NCBI GenBank assembly: GCA_963744145.1
Contig: CAVUSO010000001.1
Location: forward strand, 6,880,001 to 6,944,000
Reading direction: 5' to 3'
DNA: 64,000 bases
Origin: an uncultured cyanobacterium
GTDB taxonomy: Bacteria > Cyanobacteriota > Cyanobacteriia > Cyanobacteriales > CAWUOF01
This document shows positions 11,398 through 22,002 of this stretch, one piece after another; the stretch's first letter is position 1, and each line of letters opens with the position of its first letter. A model generated the notes under the pieces. That model saw only the letters and a list, made by a program, of their open reading frames with translations, searched no databases and was not told where the DNA came from. Made by a program: the position numbers and the translations under genes.

Positions 11398-11986
11398 CTG
11401 ATTCTAACTTTACTGTACCTGGTCGCAGAATGACAAAACCCTTTCCTGTCCATTGAGCTACGGTTGATGGTAGTCCTACTTCTTGGTTGATCTTTTCTGA
11501 TTCAGTAGTCGCTAAGGTAAACACCTCAGAAAATTCTGCGGCAATTTCTGCCATCGACAGCAAAGGAGGTTGACCACTGCGATTGGCACTTGTGGTCGCT
11601 AATGGACCAGTAGCCGCTAAAATCTGCTGGGCGATCGCTGATTTCGGCACCCTCACACCAATACTACCAGGAGTGAGGGGATTCATGGCTCGGGGCAAGC
11701 GATCGCTTGCTGGTAAAACCAAGGTCAAAGCTCCGGGCCAATATTTGTGAGTTAGCTCTTGCCAAAACTGCATTTCCGCTGCACTACCTTGAATATAAGG
11801 CCAAAGATCATCTGTTGCTGCTGCCATGAGAATTAATGGCTTATCGAGACTACGTTTTTTGGCTGCAAAAATTAATTGAGCCTGATCGGGGCGAACTGCT
11901 AAAGCTGGGACAGTATCGGTAGGAAAACTCACTAAAAATCCTGATTTAGCCTTCGCAATCAGTACATCTAGGAAAACTTGAGTCAT
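11369..11986 (-). CDS. tsaC: L-threonylcarbamoyladenylate synthase (Sua5/TsaC)
   Basis: FPTDTV, KKR..KPL, WPGALT, TTSANRSG motifs. Confidence 0.92.
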   Translation of the reverse strand: MTQVFLDVLIAKAKSGFLVSFPTDTVPALAVRPDQAQLIFAAKKRSLDKPLILMAAATDDLWPYIQGSAAEMQFWQELTHKYWPGALTLVLPASDRLPRAMNPLTPGSIGVRVPKSAIAQQILAATGPLATTSANRSGQPPLLSMAEIAAEFSEVFTLATTESEKINQEVGLPSTVAQWTGKGFVILRPGTVKLESDAEIGAGDD

Positions 11987-12021
11987 CTGACAGGGAGTAA
12001 ATTACAGCAATAGATCGCAAT

Positions 12022-12912
12022 TTAAAGTTTGCGAGCGATCGCAAACCGCTCAATTCCAGCTAAATCCGGGAGGATTTTAATTTCACTATAGCTACCCTGA
12101 GCATGAAGTAAATCAGCCACGATTTGAGCTTGTCCAATCATCATTTCAATTAGCCAAACTCCACCGGATTGTAAATAAAGTGGTGCTGTAGTAATTAGAT
12201 GCCGAATACAGTCTAACCCATCCGGACCGCCATCAAGGGCCAGATGAGGTTCATGCTGACATACTTCCGGTGGCAAAGTGGGAATCATGGCGCTGGGAAT
12301 ATAGGGGGGGTTGGAGACTATCCCACTTAGTTTTCCCTTTAGGCAGTTGAGCGGTTCAAACCATGAACCCTGATAAAACTTAATTTGATTAGTAAATCCT
12401 AATTTTTCGGCATTTACTCGGGCAATGTCTAATGCCTGTTGACTGCAATCTATAGCATAAATTGTGGCATCTGTCAACGCTGCTGCTAATCCCAGAGCGA
12501 TCGCACCGCTTCCTGTACCCAGATCAGCCCAGGCTCCTGTCGGTCGATCGGCTACTTCTACTACTAAATCAATGAGAGACTCCGTTTCTGGACGGGGAAC
12601 TAGGACCGCCGGAGAAACCTTCAAAGAGAAATGACGCCAAGTCGTAGTACCGACCAGGTATTGGACTGGCCATCGGTCCTGCAAACGCTGTTGCCACAAC
12701 TGAGTTAAATGTTCTAAGGAAAACTGCAAATCAATCTGAGGATAGTTTTTAAAAGACTCTAAGCGCAAAGCTAATTTATCTAAACTAGAGACCGTTTGCA
12801 ATAACCAGTCTAATTCGTTCACAGACACATTAGCTGCGATCGCGGCTGTTTGGGCTTTTGTTCGCCATTGCCACAGTTCTAATCCTGAAACCACACTGAT
12901 TTTAGCCACCAT
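12022..12912 (-). CDS. prmC: Release factor glutamine methyltransferase
   Basis: VLVPRPETE, DLGTGSG, SNPPY motifs. Confidence 0.96.
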   Translation of the reverse strand: MVAKISVVSGLELWQWRTKAQTAAIAANVSVNELDWLLQTVSSLDKLALRLESFKNYPQIDLQFSLEHLTQLWQQRLQDRWPVQYLVGTTTWRHFSLKVSPAVLVPRPETESLIDLVVEVADRPTGAWADLGTGSGAIALGLAAALTDATIYAIDCSQQALDIARVNAEKLGFTNQIKFYQGSWFEPLNCLKGKLSGIVSNPPYIPSAMIPTLPPEVCQHEPHLALDGGPDGLDCIRHLITTAPLYLQSGGVWLIEMMIGQAQIVADLLHAQGSYSEIKILPDLAGIERFAIARKL

Positions 12913-12963
12913 CCATGTTCAGCCCAGACTATTACTGATTAATTTTATTGACGACAATCACAG

Positions 12964-13866
12964 TTAATGCTGTACTGCCGGGGCTGGATTAAGATTAGGA
13001 GCTGAATTAGACGAGGCTGGATTAAGATTAGGAGCTGGGCTAGATGCAGAGGGTTGGAGACAATAAAACGGCTTTGTGGTGACACCAATTGAGCTTAACA
13101 CCTGACAGGAGGGCAATAATTCAATTTTGGCCAGTTGGGGGTTATCGTTACTGTATAATTGTTGTAAAATGCCTTCTAAAGGGACAACCTGAATATTAAC
13201 CGAGGTAACTAGGTCTGGTTGTTGCTTTTTCACCTGCTCTAGCAGATTTTGTAAATCTTCCTTGACAAAAAAGAAAGGAATAACTGACTCATTTCCTTTA
13301 GAAATGGTTAAAAAGCCTTTATTTGGACCAAAGTTAGCGACAAACAGGGGTACTCCAAAGTCTTTTGTGTTTACAGGGTTACCATTTATTTGGAGTAATT
13401 CTCCTGCTAATTTCATTTCCTGTTGCACCGGAATAAAGGAAAACGTTAATTTATCTGGTTTCTTTTGATTTTCTTCTGCTGATTTATAAATTTCGCCTAG
13501 GGAAATTAAGATTACGTGCATATCTTTCCCCAGGTCAGGATTTTTCTGTTTTAGTTGAGTTAAAAAATCCTCAGCATCTTGCTGACTGATAAAAACTCGA
13601 GTTATTTTGGCGGTTACATGAGTGTTTGGATCAGTAACTTCATGTATTGGTGACTCACCTTTGTCATTAACTATGGTAAATACTGGGACCCGGAGTTTTT
13701 CTAAAACTTGGTTATCTGGTAAAGCCAGGACAGGCATTATTCCCATCAAACCAGAACCAATCAGAGTTCCACCAATTAAACCTAAAGCCAAGCCCCAATT
13801 CCTAAAGGATTTCATCATAATTCCTGTGATTAATGCGGTTATCATGCTAGATAAATAACGAGACAT
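12964..13866 (-). CDS. Tic22 family periplasmic chaperone (start probably at MKS)
   Basis: Signal peptide, VPVFTI..KG, VFISQQDA, GVPLF and IPFFF.KEDL motifs. Confidence 0.85.
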   Translation of the reverse strand: MSRYLSSMITALITGIMMKSFRNWGLALGLIGGTLIGSGLMGIMPVLALPDNQVLEKLRVPVFTIVNDKGESPIHEVTDPNTHVTAKITRVFISQQDAEDFLTQLKQKNPDLGKDMHVILISLGEIYKSAEENQKKPDKLTFSFIPVQQEMKLAGELLQINGNPVNTKDFGVPLFVANFGPNKGFLTISKGNESVIPFFFVKEDLQNLLEQVKKQQPDLVTSVNIQVVPLEGILQQLYSNDNPQLAKIELLPSCQVLSSIGVTTKPFYCLQPSASSPAPNLNPASSNSAPNLNPAPAVQH

Positions 13867-14172
13867 TTTTTACGACTTTGATTTTGATAGTTGACTGAAA
13901 TTTTTTCAAGCAGGTACTGATGACTATATAGTAAGCTAAATTTTTACCTGCCTATGGTTGGTTAAGACTTGGCTAGATTGATAATAGTTCCCCCGCTTCT
14001 TGTCCAAAGGTGAGGACTGGGCAGAATGCTACCCCAATTATTTAAAGGCCAAGGATGTTCATTTAGTTAGGATCTTAACATGATCCTAAAGTTCTAATGA
14101 GGGTAATCAGATAGAAATTATACTTACTGGGCAAATGGGTTTTGGAGAGGAGGTAAAATTGGACAACTGAAA

Positions 14173-14246
14173 TCGGGATGACAGGATTCGAACCTGCGAC
14201 CCCCGCATCCCAAATGCGGTGCGCTACCAAACTGCGCTACATCCCG
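14173..14246 (-). tRNA. trnP: tRNA-Pro (anticodon TGG)
   Basis: Minus strand reads CGGGATGTAGCGCAGTTTGGTAGCGCA-CCGCA-TTTGGGA-TGCGG...GGTTCGAATCC...CATCCCGA, a full cloverleaf. Confidence 0.97.
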
Positions 14247-14515
14247 TGGCTCTTATTTATAGCCCATAAATTATGCACTTGTCAATCTTTTTTTTGATTT
14301 TCGTACAAATAATTTTGTTAAACCAAAAATTGGTTTAGGGGTGGAAGAGAGAAGAGATTGGACCGCTTTTACGCGATCGGGCGGATTCGGGTAAACCAGA
14401 AAGATAGTATGATCACTAAACTATGATATTGGTCAAACTGGGGATAGAGAGATAGACAGGCAATGCCGAGGTAATTGCCCGCCGGAAGTTAATCAAGCTG
14501 ACGAGATCAAAGAGA

Positions 14516-15067
14516 CTAGCTCGGATACCAAAACATCCCCTTAATCCCTTCGGGATCGGACATAAAACCCATACTGCGGTAAAAATCTACTACATGAGGG
14601 TCAGCAAATAGAGTAATGTTGCTGATGTCCTCACTGCGTAGTTTTTTAATCATCTGCTTCATCAGCGCTTTGCCCAAACCTTTCCCTTGAAAGTCTGGAT
14701 GGACTACAACATCCCAAATCGTAGCATTAAAAGCGTGGTCGGATGTGGCCCGAGAAAAACCAACGAGACGACGCTGAGTACCTCTAACTTCCCACATCGA
14801 AACTACAAGGAAACTATGCTGAATTGCTTTTTTTACTTTCCGCAACGGGCGTCGAGACCAACCGACGGCATCACAGAGTTCTTCGAGTTCATAGAGATCA
14901 ATATCCCGATCGGTACTAAAAAAGATGCGAGTAACACTACCCGTGCGATCGCCAAAAGTCTGATGCAGGGACTCATTAGTCCCTTCCCGCGGATAATCCC
15001 CAGAACGCGGTGTTTTAGGCGCTGAGGAAGTGTCAGAACCGCTAAAAAAACTTTTCCAAAAACCCAT
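14516..15067 (-). CDS. ycf52: Ycf52-like GNAT acetyltransferase
   Basis: [41 protein letters not shown]. Confidence 0.88.
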   Translation of the reverse strand: MGFWKSFFSGSDTSSAPKTPRSGDYPREGTNESLHQTFGDRTGSVTRIFFSTDRDIDLYELEELCDAVGWSRRPLRKVKKAIQHSFLVVSMWEVRGTQRRLVGFSRATSDHAFNATIWDVVVHPDFQGKGLGKALMKQMIKKLRSEDISNITLFADPHVVDFYRSMGFMSDPEGIKGMFWYPS

Positions 15068-15241
15068 GCAGGCGTGGTTAAGGTAGTAGAAGTTGGATAA
15101 ATGTACTAGCTAGTATATCTCCCATGACCGACCCAAGCGATTTTTCCCCTTGCTTAGATCAAACATATTTGTCAGCAAATTTACCTGAATTGGGTAGATC
15201 AGAGGACAGGACTCGATAGAAAATCTAGATAGCGAGATGAA

Positions 15242-15368
15242 TAGACAAGAAAGCCAAAATAATTAGGACAGTCAAGATGCCAAAATAATTAGGACAGTCA
15301 AGATGCCAAAATAATTAGGACAGTCAAGATGCCAAAATAATTAGGACAGTCAAGATGACTGTCCCACA
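15242..15368 (+). repeat. Partial MITE (family A) with four tandem 26-bp units
   Basis: gccaaaataattaggacagtcaagat x4 (15253-15356), preceded by tagacaagaaagc, the same left end as the element at 31299. Confidence 0.85.
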
Positions 15369-15431
15369 CTGGGCACTTCAGAATTGGTCTCATCTGTGCT
15401 TTTAACCTGCAAGCGAGTTTCCCCCCCCAAT

Positions 15432-16157
15432 ATGGCTACGGGTTTAAAATCATCTACATTGGAACTCCTCAAGCGCTTTAATCGGGCGTTTCCTCAATTT
15501 TATGAGCAATTTGTTAGTAGTGAAATCCAATTACAAAACCTGAGATTAGCCTATCAGCTATATAAAACCAGGCAAGCTGTGATTGAACTCAAACCAGAGG
15601 GGAGTAAAAGTGCCCTCCATTTTGCTTACCGCAATCAATCTTTTCTGCTGAGTGATATTTTTGGCGTTTTAGCTGCTTATGGATTAACCATCCATAGTCT
15701 CAGTTTATATGGCCAAATTAACCCTCCCATGTTGGTATTTATCAAATTGATAGTTTCTCGTGGGGGTAAAACTCTCACCGACAAAACCGCAGAAAACGTT
15801 TGTCGGGCGATCCGGGAAGCATTGGCGGGACATTTTGAAGTTGAGGAAATGTTAGCGGTAGAATTTAACCTTGATGCTGGCTTAGAGGAGGTAGAAACTG
15901 AATTTTACGTTGATCCAGTTTTTCACCTACCAGCTTTATTAATTGAGGCCGATAACCAACCCGGTTTATTTTATAAAGTTATGTATGCGATCTGGCAAGA
16001 GGATTTATTAGTAGTAAATGCTAACTTGCTCGTCTGGCGAGGTAGAACTCGGTTAATTCTCTATTTGCTCGGTCCGAATGAAAGCTTAATTCCCGAATAT
16101 CTTGGTCAAAAAATTTCTGAAGGTATGCGACAGAGATTACTTGGTCGAAGATTTTAA
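15432..16157 (+). CDS. Conserved cyanobacterial protein with tandem ACT-like (GlnD C-terminal-like) domains
   Basis: RNQSFLLSDIFGVLAAYGLTI and EADNQPGLFYKV resemble ACT motifs. Confidence 0.65.
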   Translation: MATGLKSSTLELLKRFNRAFPQFYEQFVSSEIQLQNLRLAYQLYKTRQAVIELKPEGSKSALHFAYRNQSFLLSDIFGVLAAYGLTIHSLSLYGQINPPMLVFIKLIVSRGGKTLTDKTAENVCRAIREALAGHFEVEEMLAVEFNLDAGLEEVETEFYVDPVFHLPALLIEADNQPGLFYKVMYAIWQEDLLVVNANLLVWRGRTRLILYLLGPNESLIPEYLGQKISEGMRQRLLGRRF

Positions 16158-16197
16158 TCGCAGCCAGGCCGATCACAGTTGGCGATATGATAAAGAT

Positions 16198-17115
16198 ATG
16201 GCAATGATCGTGATTCGGGGAGTTCCGCATACCTACGAGTTGACAGCAGCAACTGTTTCTGGCCAGGTTCTGGTTTTTATCCACGGCTGGCTGTTAAGTA
16301 GTCGCTATTGGCAACCTCTGCTAGAGAGATTGGCACCAGATTATCGGTGTTTAGTTTATGATTTGCGAGGGTTTGGTAATTCTCAACCTGACCAAAAACT
16401 GGCCTTCTCTCCGACCTGTACTTGGTCAAATTTAAGCTCAGATCCCATGGAACTGGTTGATTCAGATCAACCTACTCCTCGTTACACCCCCTCGGCTTAT
16501 GCTCAAGATTTGGCCATTTTGCTGGAGGCTTTGCAGATTTCTAGTGCTTGGCTAATTGGCCATTCCTTGGGTGGTAGTATCGCTTTGTGGGGAGCGTCTA
16601 AATTGCCGCAAGTAGTTAAAGGGGCTGTTTGTGTCAATTCTGGTGGTGGGATTTATCTGAAAGAAGAATTTGAGCGCTTTCGGACTATGGGGCAGAAGTT
16701 ATTAAAATTACGCCCACGTTGGCTGAGTCAAATGCCTTTTCTAAATCTCCTATTTACTAGAGATAGTGTAGCTCATCCGATCGCACGTCATTGGGGTCGT
16801 CAACGGGTGATTGATTTGGTGATGGCTCATCCAGAAGCAGCTTTAGGAACTTTGCTCGATTCCACCACAGAAACAGAAGTACATTTGTTACCCCAGTTGG
16901 TAGCGAAATTACAACAACCTGTTTATTTTATTGCTGGGGCAAACGATTCGGTAATGGAGCCGAAATATGTGCGACATTTGGCTAGTTTTCACCCCATGTT
17001 TCAATCTATTGGGGAAAATGTGATTGAAATTCCTAATTGTGGACATATGTCGATGGTAGAACAACCAGACGCTGTCGCTCAGGAAATTCGCCAGATTCTC
17101 GCTCAATATGATTAA
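16198..17115 (+). CDS. Alpha/beta fold hydrolase
   Basis: HGW, YDLRGFG, GHSLGG nucleophile motif, C-terminal GHM. Confidence 0.92.
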   Translation: MAMIVIRGVPHTYELTAATVSGQVLVFIHGWLLSSRYWQPLLERLAPDYRCLVYDLRGFGNSQPDQKLAFSPTCTWSNLSSDPMELVDSDQPTPRYTPSAYAQDLAILLEALQISSAWLIGHSLGGSIALWGASKLPQVVKGAVCVNSGGGIYLKEEFERFRTMGQKLLKLRPRWLSQMPFLNLLFTRDSVAHPIARHWGRQRVIDLVMAHPEAALGTLLDSTTETEVHLLPQLVAKLQQPVYFIAGANDSVMEPKYVRHLASFHPMFQSIGENVIEIPNCGHMSMVEQPDAVAQEIRQILAQYD

Positions 17116-18155
17116 GATTTGTATAGCTTCATGACATCTTCGATCGCCATCCGGGATTGAACTCCTAGAGTTAAAGGAGAAGTGTGTCCTCGTTCTAGAT
17201 GTTCAACCGCAGCACAAGCAATCATAGCTGCGTTGTCGGTGCAAAATTTTAGGGCTGGAAGTAAGATGCGAAAATGATTAGCTGTTCCTGCTGTTTGTAA
17301 ATGATTTCGCAAACTGCGGTTAGCTGCAACTCCTCCACCCACAGCAATGGTTTTGAGTCCATAATCACGGGCACAAGCGATCGCCCGACGGGTTAAGCTT
17401 TTGGCTACAGTATCCTGAAAACTAGCTGCTAGATCAGCAATAGGAAGTGGTTCTGTTGCTGTCGCTAATTTTTTGACTAATTTCAGGACTGCTGTTTTTA
17501 AACCACTAAAACTAGAATCATATCGATGATAACCACCACCAGGAAGGGAAACATTTCCTTCTGGTAAGGGAAAAGCACTACTATCACCAAGAGCCGCTAA
17601 TCGATCTATTTCTGGTCCACCTGGATATCCTAATTGTAACAAGCGGGCGACTTTATCAAATGCTTCTCCGGCTGCATCATCGCGGGTTTGACCTAGGGTT
17701 TCATAAACACCACATTCTTTAACATAAATCAAGCTCGTATGTCCGCCCGAAACCAATAAACACAGAAATGGTGGTTCTAACTCTGGATCGGTTAAATAAT
17801 TAGCATAAATATGTCCTTCCAGATGATGAACACCCAAAAATGGTTTTTGGTGCAACATAGCCAAACTTTTTCCTGCGGTGAGTCCGACTAATAAAGCTCC
17901 AACTAAACCTGGGGTACAGGTAGCAGCTACACCATCAATTTCTGTCCAACCAAGATCAGATTCAATTAATGCTTGGGCGATCGCATCATTAATTATTTCT
18001 AAATGGTGACGAGAAGCTACTTCTGGTACAACTCCTCCATACTGTCGATGTACCAAAATTTGGGAAGCTGTTACATTACTTAAAACTTTACGATTCTTAA
18101 CAAGAGCAACGCTAGTTTCGTCACAACTTGTTTCAATTGCTAAAACTGTTGTCAT
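17112..18155 (-). CDS. tsaD: tRNA threonylcarbamoyladenosine transferase TsaD
   Basis: IETSCDET, HHLEGH, SGGHT, DDAAGEAFDK, CTDNAAMI. Confidence 0.97.
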   Translation of the reverse strand: MTTVLAIETSCDETSVALVKNRKVLSNVTASQILVHRQYGGVVPEVASRHHLEIINDAIAQALIESDLGWTEIDGVAATCTPGLVGALLVGLTAGKSLAMLHQKPFLGVHHLEGHIYANYLTDPELEPPFLCLLVSGGHTSLIYVKECGVYETLGQTRDDAAGEAFDKVARLLQLGYPGGPEIDRLAALGDSSAFPLPEGNVSLPGGGYHRYDSSFSGLKTAVLKLVKKLATATEPLPIADLAASFQDTVAKSLTRRAIACARDYGLKTIAVGGGVAANRSLRNHLQTAGTANHFRILLPALKFCTDNAAMIACAAVEHLERGHTSPLTLGVQSRMAIEDVMKLYKS

Positions 18156-18494
18156 GCACTGATAATTTGATTAAATGAGTTAGTTAGTAGGGATATTAGC
18201 TTAAACTTATCTTTAGATAAGTTAACAGCAGCAATTTGATCTAAACTTTTCCCAAGGCTAATTGAAGAGCCTCCACCTAGTTCGTGTGACTAAACACGCA
18301 AGTGGTGAAGAACTTTGAGGAAAATTTTCTCCCCCAGTGGGATGATCAGGGCCAGTTAAAAAAACTTTGCGTTAGTCAAAGTTTTTTAGCGTAAATGAGC
18401 CAGTACAATTACTTTAAAGTTCCACAATCTAGGCTGCACGAGCAGCTTAATTGGATAGCAAACTTAGTGTTTCGTAACAAAAGGAAACAATTTC

Positions 18495-18992
18495 ATGCGC
18501 CGATTGTTTGCCCTGATTATTGCTCTTTTTCTGTGCTTCACTTTTGTCCCCTCGGCGTCAGCCACAGAGATTTCTGGTTTAGTACCTTGTCGGGAATCCG
18601 CAGCTTTCCAAGAAAGAGCTAAAGATGCTCGTCCTACTACCGCTGATCCAGACTCAGGTAAAAAACGGTTTGAGCGTTATGCTGATGCTCTTTGTGGTGC
18701 CGAAGGACTGCCTCATTTAATTGTGGATGGTCGTTTGAGCCATGCTGGTGATTTCCTAATTCCTAGCATTGCCTTCCTCTATATTACTGGTGCCATTGGT
18801 TGGGCTGGTCGGAGCTATTTACAGGCAATCAAAAAAGGTCCAGATCCAGAACAAAAGGAAATTATTCTGGATGTACCTTTAGCAGTTTCCAGCATGATTG
18901 GCGCTGCCGCTTGGCCTTTGGCCGCTTTAGGGGAACTTTCTAGTGGGAAATTAACAGCCGATGATCACGAAATCACTGTTTCGCCACGCTAG
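18495..18992 (+). CDS. psaF: Photosystem I subunit III
   Basis: [25 protein letters not shown]. Confidence 0.97.
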   Translation: MRRLFALIIALFLCFTFVPSASATEISGLVPCRESAAFQERAKDARPTTADPDSGKKRFERYADALCGAEGLPHLIVDGRLSHAGDFLIPSIAFLYITGAIGWAGRSYLQAIKKGPDPEQKEIILDVPLAVSSMIGAAAWPLAALGELSSGKLTADDHEITVSPR

Positions 18993-19032
18993 TTGATTGC
19001 TCGCATAGTTGATTTAATTGGGAGAATTTCTC

Positions 19033-19161
19033 ATGCAATATTTCCTCAAATTTCTTTCTCTTTCGCCAGTAATCCTCTTTGTTTGGCTGTCGATTACAGC
19101 GGTGTGGTTAATTGTGTTTAACTACTATTTTCCCGATCTACTTTTTCATCCCTTACCCTAA
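19033..19161 (+). CDS. psaJ: Photosystem I subunit IX (missed by the ORF track)
   Basis: Translates as MQYFLKFLSLSPVILFVWLSITAVWLIVFNYYFPDLLFHPLP; GGAG RBS; follows psaF. Confidence 0.95.
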   Translation: MQYFLKFLSLSPVILFVWLSITAVWLIVFNYYFPDLLFHPLP

Positions 19162-19315
19162 ATTTTGAAATTTTGCTTTCCGATCGCTCGGAAAAGTAAA
19201 AACCCGATCCGAATTGCTACAAGTATGGCGATCGAGCAAAAATTCCGTCCTAATCTTGATTTAGGGCGGTTCATTTCCAAACAGCCAATCAGCGTGTTAT
19301 TGATGGGAGAAAAAT

Positions 19316-19792
19316 ATGTCCGACCATTATAGCTTTGTCAGACCAGCCGATGGTGATCCACAAATTGGCAATCTAGAAACCCCAATTAACTCTTCAGCGT
19401 TTAGCAAAGCTTTTCTGAATAATTTGCCAGCTTACCGGAAAGGGTTATCACCCCTATTACGGGGCTTAGAAATTGGGTTAGCTCATGGTTATTTTCTAAT
19501 TGGACCTTGGGTTAAACTTGGGCCATTAAGGGATTCAGATTCAGCTTATTTGGGTGCATTAATTTCCGCAGTGGCTTTGATTATCATTGCTACTGGTGCT
19601 TTAGCAGCTTACGGGATTGTCAGTTTCCAAAAAGATGATGGTAAAAGCACTGACTTACAAAGCTCTCAAGGTTGGAGCCAATTTACCGCTGGCTTTTTCA
19701 TTGGTGGTACTGGTGGTGTTTATGTCGCTTATTCCATTTTGCAAAATCTGGATGTGATTAAAGGAATCCTGAGTGGTGCCTTTAACAGCTAA
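19316..19792 (+). CDS. psaL: Photosystem I subunit XI
   Basis: GNLETPINSS, NLPAYRKGLS, GLEIGLAHGYFL.GPW..LGPLRD. Confidence 0.97.
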   Translation: MSDHYSFVRPADGDPQIGNLETPINSSAFSKAFLNNLPAYRKGLSPLLRGLEIGLAHGYFLIGPWVKLGPLRDSDSAYLGALISAVALIIIATGALAAYGIVSFQKDDGKSTDLQSSQGWSQFTAGFFIGGTGGVYVAYSILQNLDVIKGILSGAFNS

Positions 19793-19847
19793 TCGTTGAT
19801 TTAATTTAACAAAATTGCCTCATCGGGCGTCCATGTGGACGCCTTTT

Positions 19848-20426
19848 TTAATGGTAAGCAAAAATTGCGGTTTCAATCAAACTTAAAGCTTGTTCTAACT
19901 CATCGTTAACTATTTGCAGATCAAATTCATTAGCCGCAGCAATTTCATCATAAGCGCGTTGGAGACGACAAATAATCGCAGTTTCTGAATCTTGAGCCCG
20001 ACTACGGAGCCGTCTTTCTAATTCCGTCTCCGAAGGTGGTAGGATAAAAATTTGCAGTGCCGATGGAAAAGTTTCCCGAATTTGTCGCGCTCCTTCTAAT
20101 TCAATTTCTAAGATTACAATCCGTCCTTGTTGGATTTTTTCTTCCACTTGGGCTCGGGGAGTGCCATAAAAATTACCAGCAAATTCTGCCCATTCTAGTA
20201 ATTGATGGTTAGCAATCATTTCCGCAAACTCTTGACGGGTCACAAAATAATAATGCTGTCCGTGGACTTCATCGACCCGAGGAGAACGAGTAGTGACCGA
20301 GAGCGACAAATATAATTCCGGGTAACGTTTGAGGAGCGATCGCAACAAAGTTCCTTTGCCCACTCCACTTGGACCGGTGAACACAATTAATTTACCTGGG
20401 TGAGAAGTGGGTGATTGATGTATCAT
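19848..20426 (-). CDS. gmk: Guanylate kinase
   Basis: GPSGVGKGT, SVTTRSPR, GNFYGT. Confidence 0.96.
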   Translation of the reverse strand: MIHQSPTSHPGKLIVFTGPSGVGKGTLLRSLLKRYPELYLSLSVTTRSPRVDEVHGQHYYFVTRQEFAEMIANHQLLEWAEFAGNFYGTPRAQVEEKIQQGRIVILEIELEGARQIRETFPSALQIFILPPSETELERRLRSRAQDSETAIICRLQRAYDEIAAANEFDLQIVNDELEQALSLIETAIFAYH

Positions 20427-20545
20427 ATAAATAATAGGTAGATAGTAATTTTTAAGTAATTACTCTATCAAAAATAATACGGGAGGGTAAGAACTCCTCG
20501 CTTTTAAGCCTATCCATTAGTCACATCTTTATAACCATCCTAAAA

Positions 20546-21109
20546 CTATTGCCTCATTTTCAACCAGCCAAATACTTGATTGACCGTGAGGGTTAGCTCT
20601 AGATCGGGTAAAACTGGGAGAACATGATTTCCCTGACAGATGATGGGTTGTTGTTGAGGTAGCAAAACTAGAATACTCAGATCATCTGGATCTACAAACC
20701 ATCCCAAAAGACTTCCTTGCTCTAGACAATGTAGCAGATTCCCTAATACTTTGTTAGGCTTTTGTTCAGGGGAAAGAATTTCGATCGCCCAATCTGGTGG
20801 TAAGTCAAAGTGATCCGGAACATCACCTGGTGGTGTAAACGGGATGCGATTCCATCGAAAGACAGCTACATCCGGAACAATCGATCGCCCACCAAAACTA
20901 CATCTTAATTCTGGGAAAGCATAGGCAATTTTTGGGTCTTCTGTGATTTGATTGATAACTGCACAAAATTTTCCTTGTAAACGGCTATGTCGTCCTTTGG
21001 GCATGGGTTTTTGACTAATTTCACCATTGACATATTCACTTGCGGGTTTGGTTTCTGGTAATTGCAGAAATTCCGACAGTGTGAGCGGTTTGGATAGTGC
21101 TTGTGCCAT
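20546..21109 (-). CDS. Uma2 family endonuclease
   Basis: LPETKPASEY, PELRCSFGGRSIVPD, PDWAIEILSP. Confidence 0.92.
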   Translation of the reverse strand: MAQALSKPLTLSEFLQLPETKPASEYVNGEISQKPMPKGRHSRLQGKFCAVINQITEDPKIAYAFPELRCSFGGRSIVPDVAVFRWNRIPFTPPGDVPDHFDLPPDWAIEILSPEQKPNKVLGNLLHCLEQGSLLGWFVDPDDLSILVLLPQQQPIICQGNHVLPVLPDLELTLTVNQVFGWLKMRQ

Positions 21110-21302
21110 GAAAATCCTCAGCAAAACAAGTTCCACATTATATTCTAACTACTCAAACAATCGGAGAATCCCTATCAATGCGAGAATCAGACTTTTACGA
21201 ATTATTTGCATATTGGCTATAATCAAATAGCTCTAATCTATATCCAGTATGAGATTAATCGGATATCTCCAGGATTATTTCAGCCTATAACTGGTAAAAC
21301 TT

Positions 21303-21887
21303 ATGTCTCTAGTAGCAACAGAACCAAAAAGAAAGAAATTTACAGTAGAGGAATATCACCAACTGGGTGAATTAGGGATAATCAGACCTGATGAACGGAC
21401 AGAACTAATTGATGGGGATATTATTCTTATGGCACCAATGGGTAGTCGTCATTTTGGTTGTTTAATTGGGCTAAGTGAAATTTTCCCCAAGCTTTTAAAT
21501 AATCGTGCTTTTGTCGTAATGCAAGGCCCTGTCAGGCTAAACAACGGATTTGAACCAGAACCCGATCTATCAATTTTGAGGCGACGTGAAGATCGTTACA
21601 GACATCAGCTCCCACAACCTCAAGACGTATATCTATTGATTGAAGGGGCGTATTGCAATACGCCCGTACATACGACCATTAACAACGACCGTAATGTGAA
21701 GTCAGTCCACTACAGCCAAGCTGGGATTATTGAACTTTGGATCGTAGACATTAGGGCCGAATTAGTAGAGGTCGATCGTAACCCTGGTCCCAATGGTTAT
21801 GAAAGTGTCCAACAATTCAGACGAGGCGAAAGTATCTCACCTCTTGCCTTCCCAGATTTAGTAATCAGCGTTGATGTCATTTTGTAG
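21303..21887 (+). CDS. Uma2 family endonuclease interrupted in frame by a REP-like palindrome
   Basis: FTVEEYH, ELIDG, EPEPD; LLIE is followed by the atypical GAYCNTPVH. Confidence 0.85.
   Translation: MSLVATEPKRKKFTVEEYHQLGELGIIRPDERTELIDGDIILMAPMGSRHFGCLIGLSEIFPKLLNNRAFVVMQGPVRLNNGFEPEPDLSILRRREDRYRHQLPQPQDVYLLIEGAYCNTPVHTTINNDRNVKSVHYSQAGIIELWIVDIRAELVEVDRNPGPNGYESVQQFRRGESISPLAFPDLVISVDVIL
21642..21670 (+). repeat. REP-like palindrome inside a CDS
   Basis: gggcgtattg|caatacgccc is a perfect 20-bp palindrome; a related copy lies at 62644-62670. Confidence 0.8.
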
Positions 21888-22002
21888 AAAATTATTTATC
21901 TGATTATTCATAATATAACTAAAATTAGGCTTCATCATCATTTGCCAAACGCTCTTTTCTAAGACTTTCTGCAATCTCATGAATAATCCCGATTGAGGCT
22001 AA

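Noticed and set aside
15253..15356. 26-bp x4 repeat as CRISPR or iterons
   Set aside because: There are no spacers, and the sequence derives from the left arm of MITE family A.
20480..20512. Possible IS605 right-end remnant (aagaactcctcgcttttaagc)
   Set aside because: Too short, and it lacks the second hairpin arm and TCA end.
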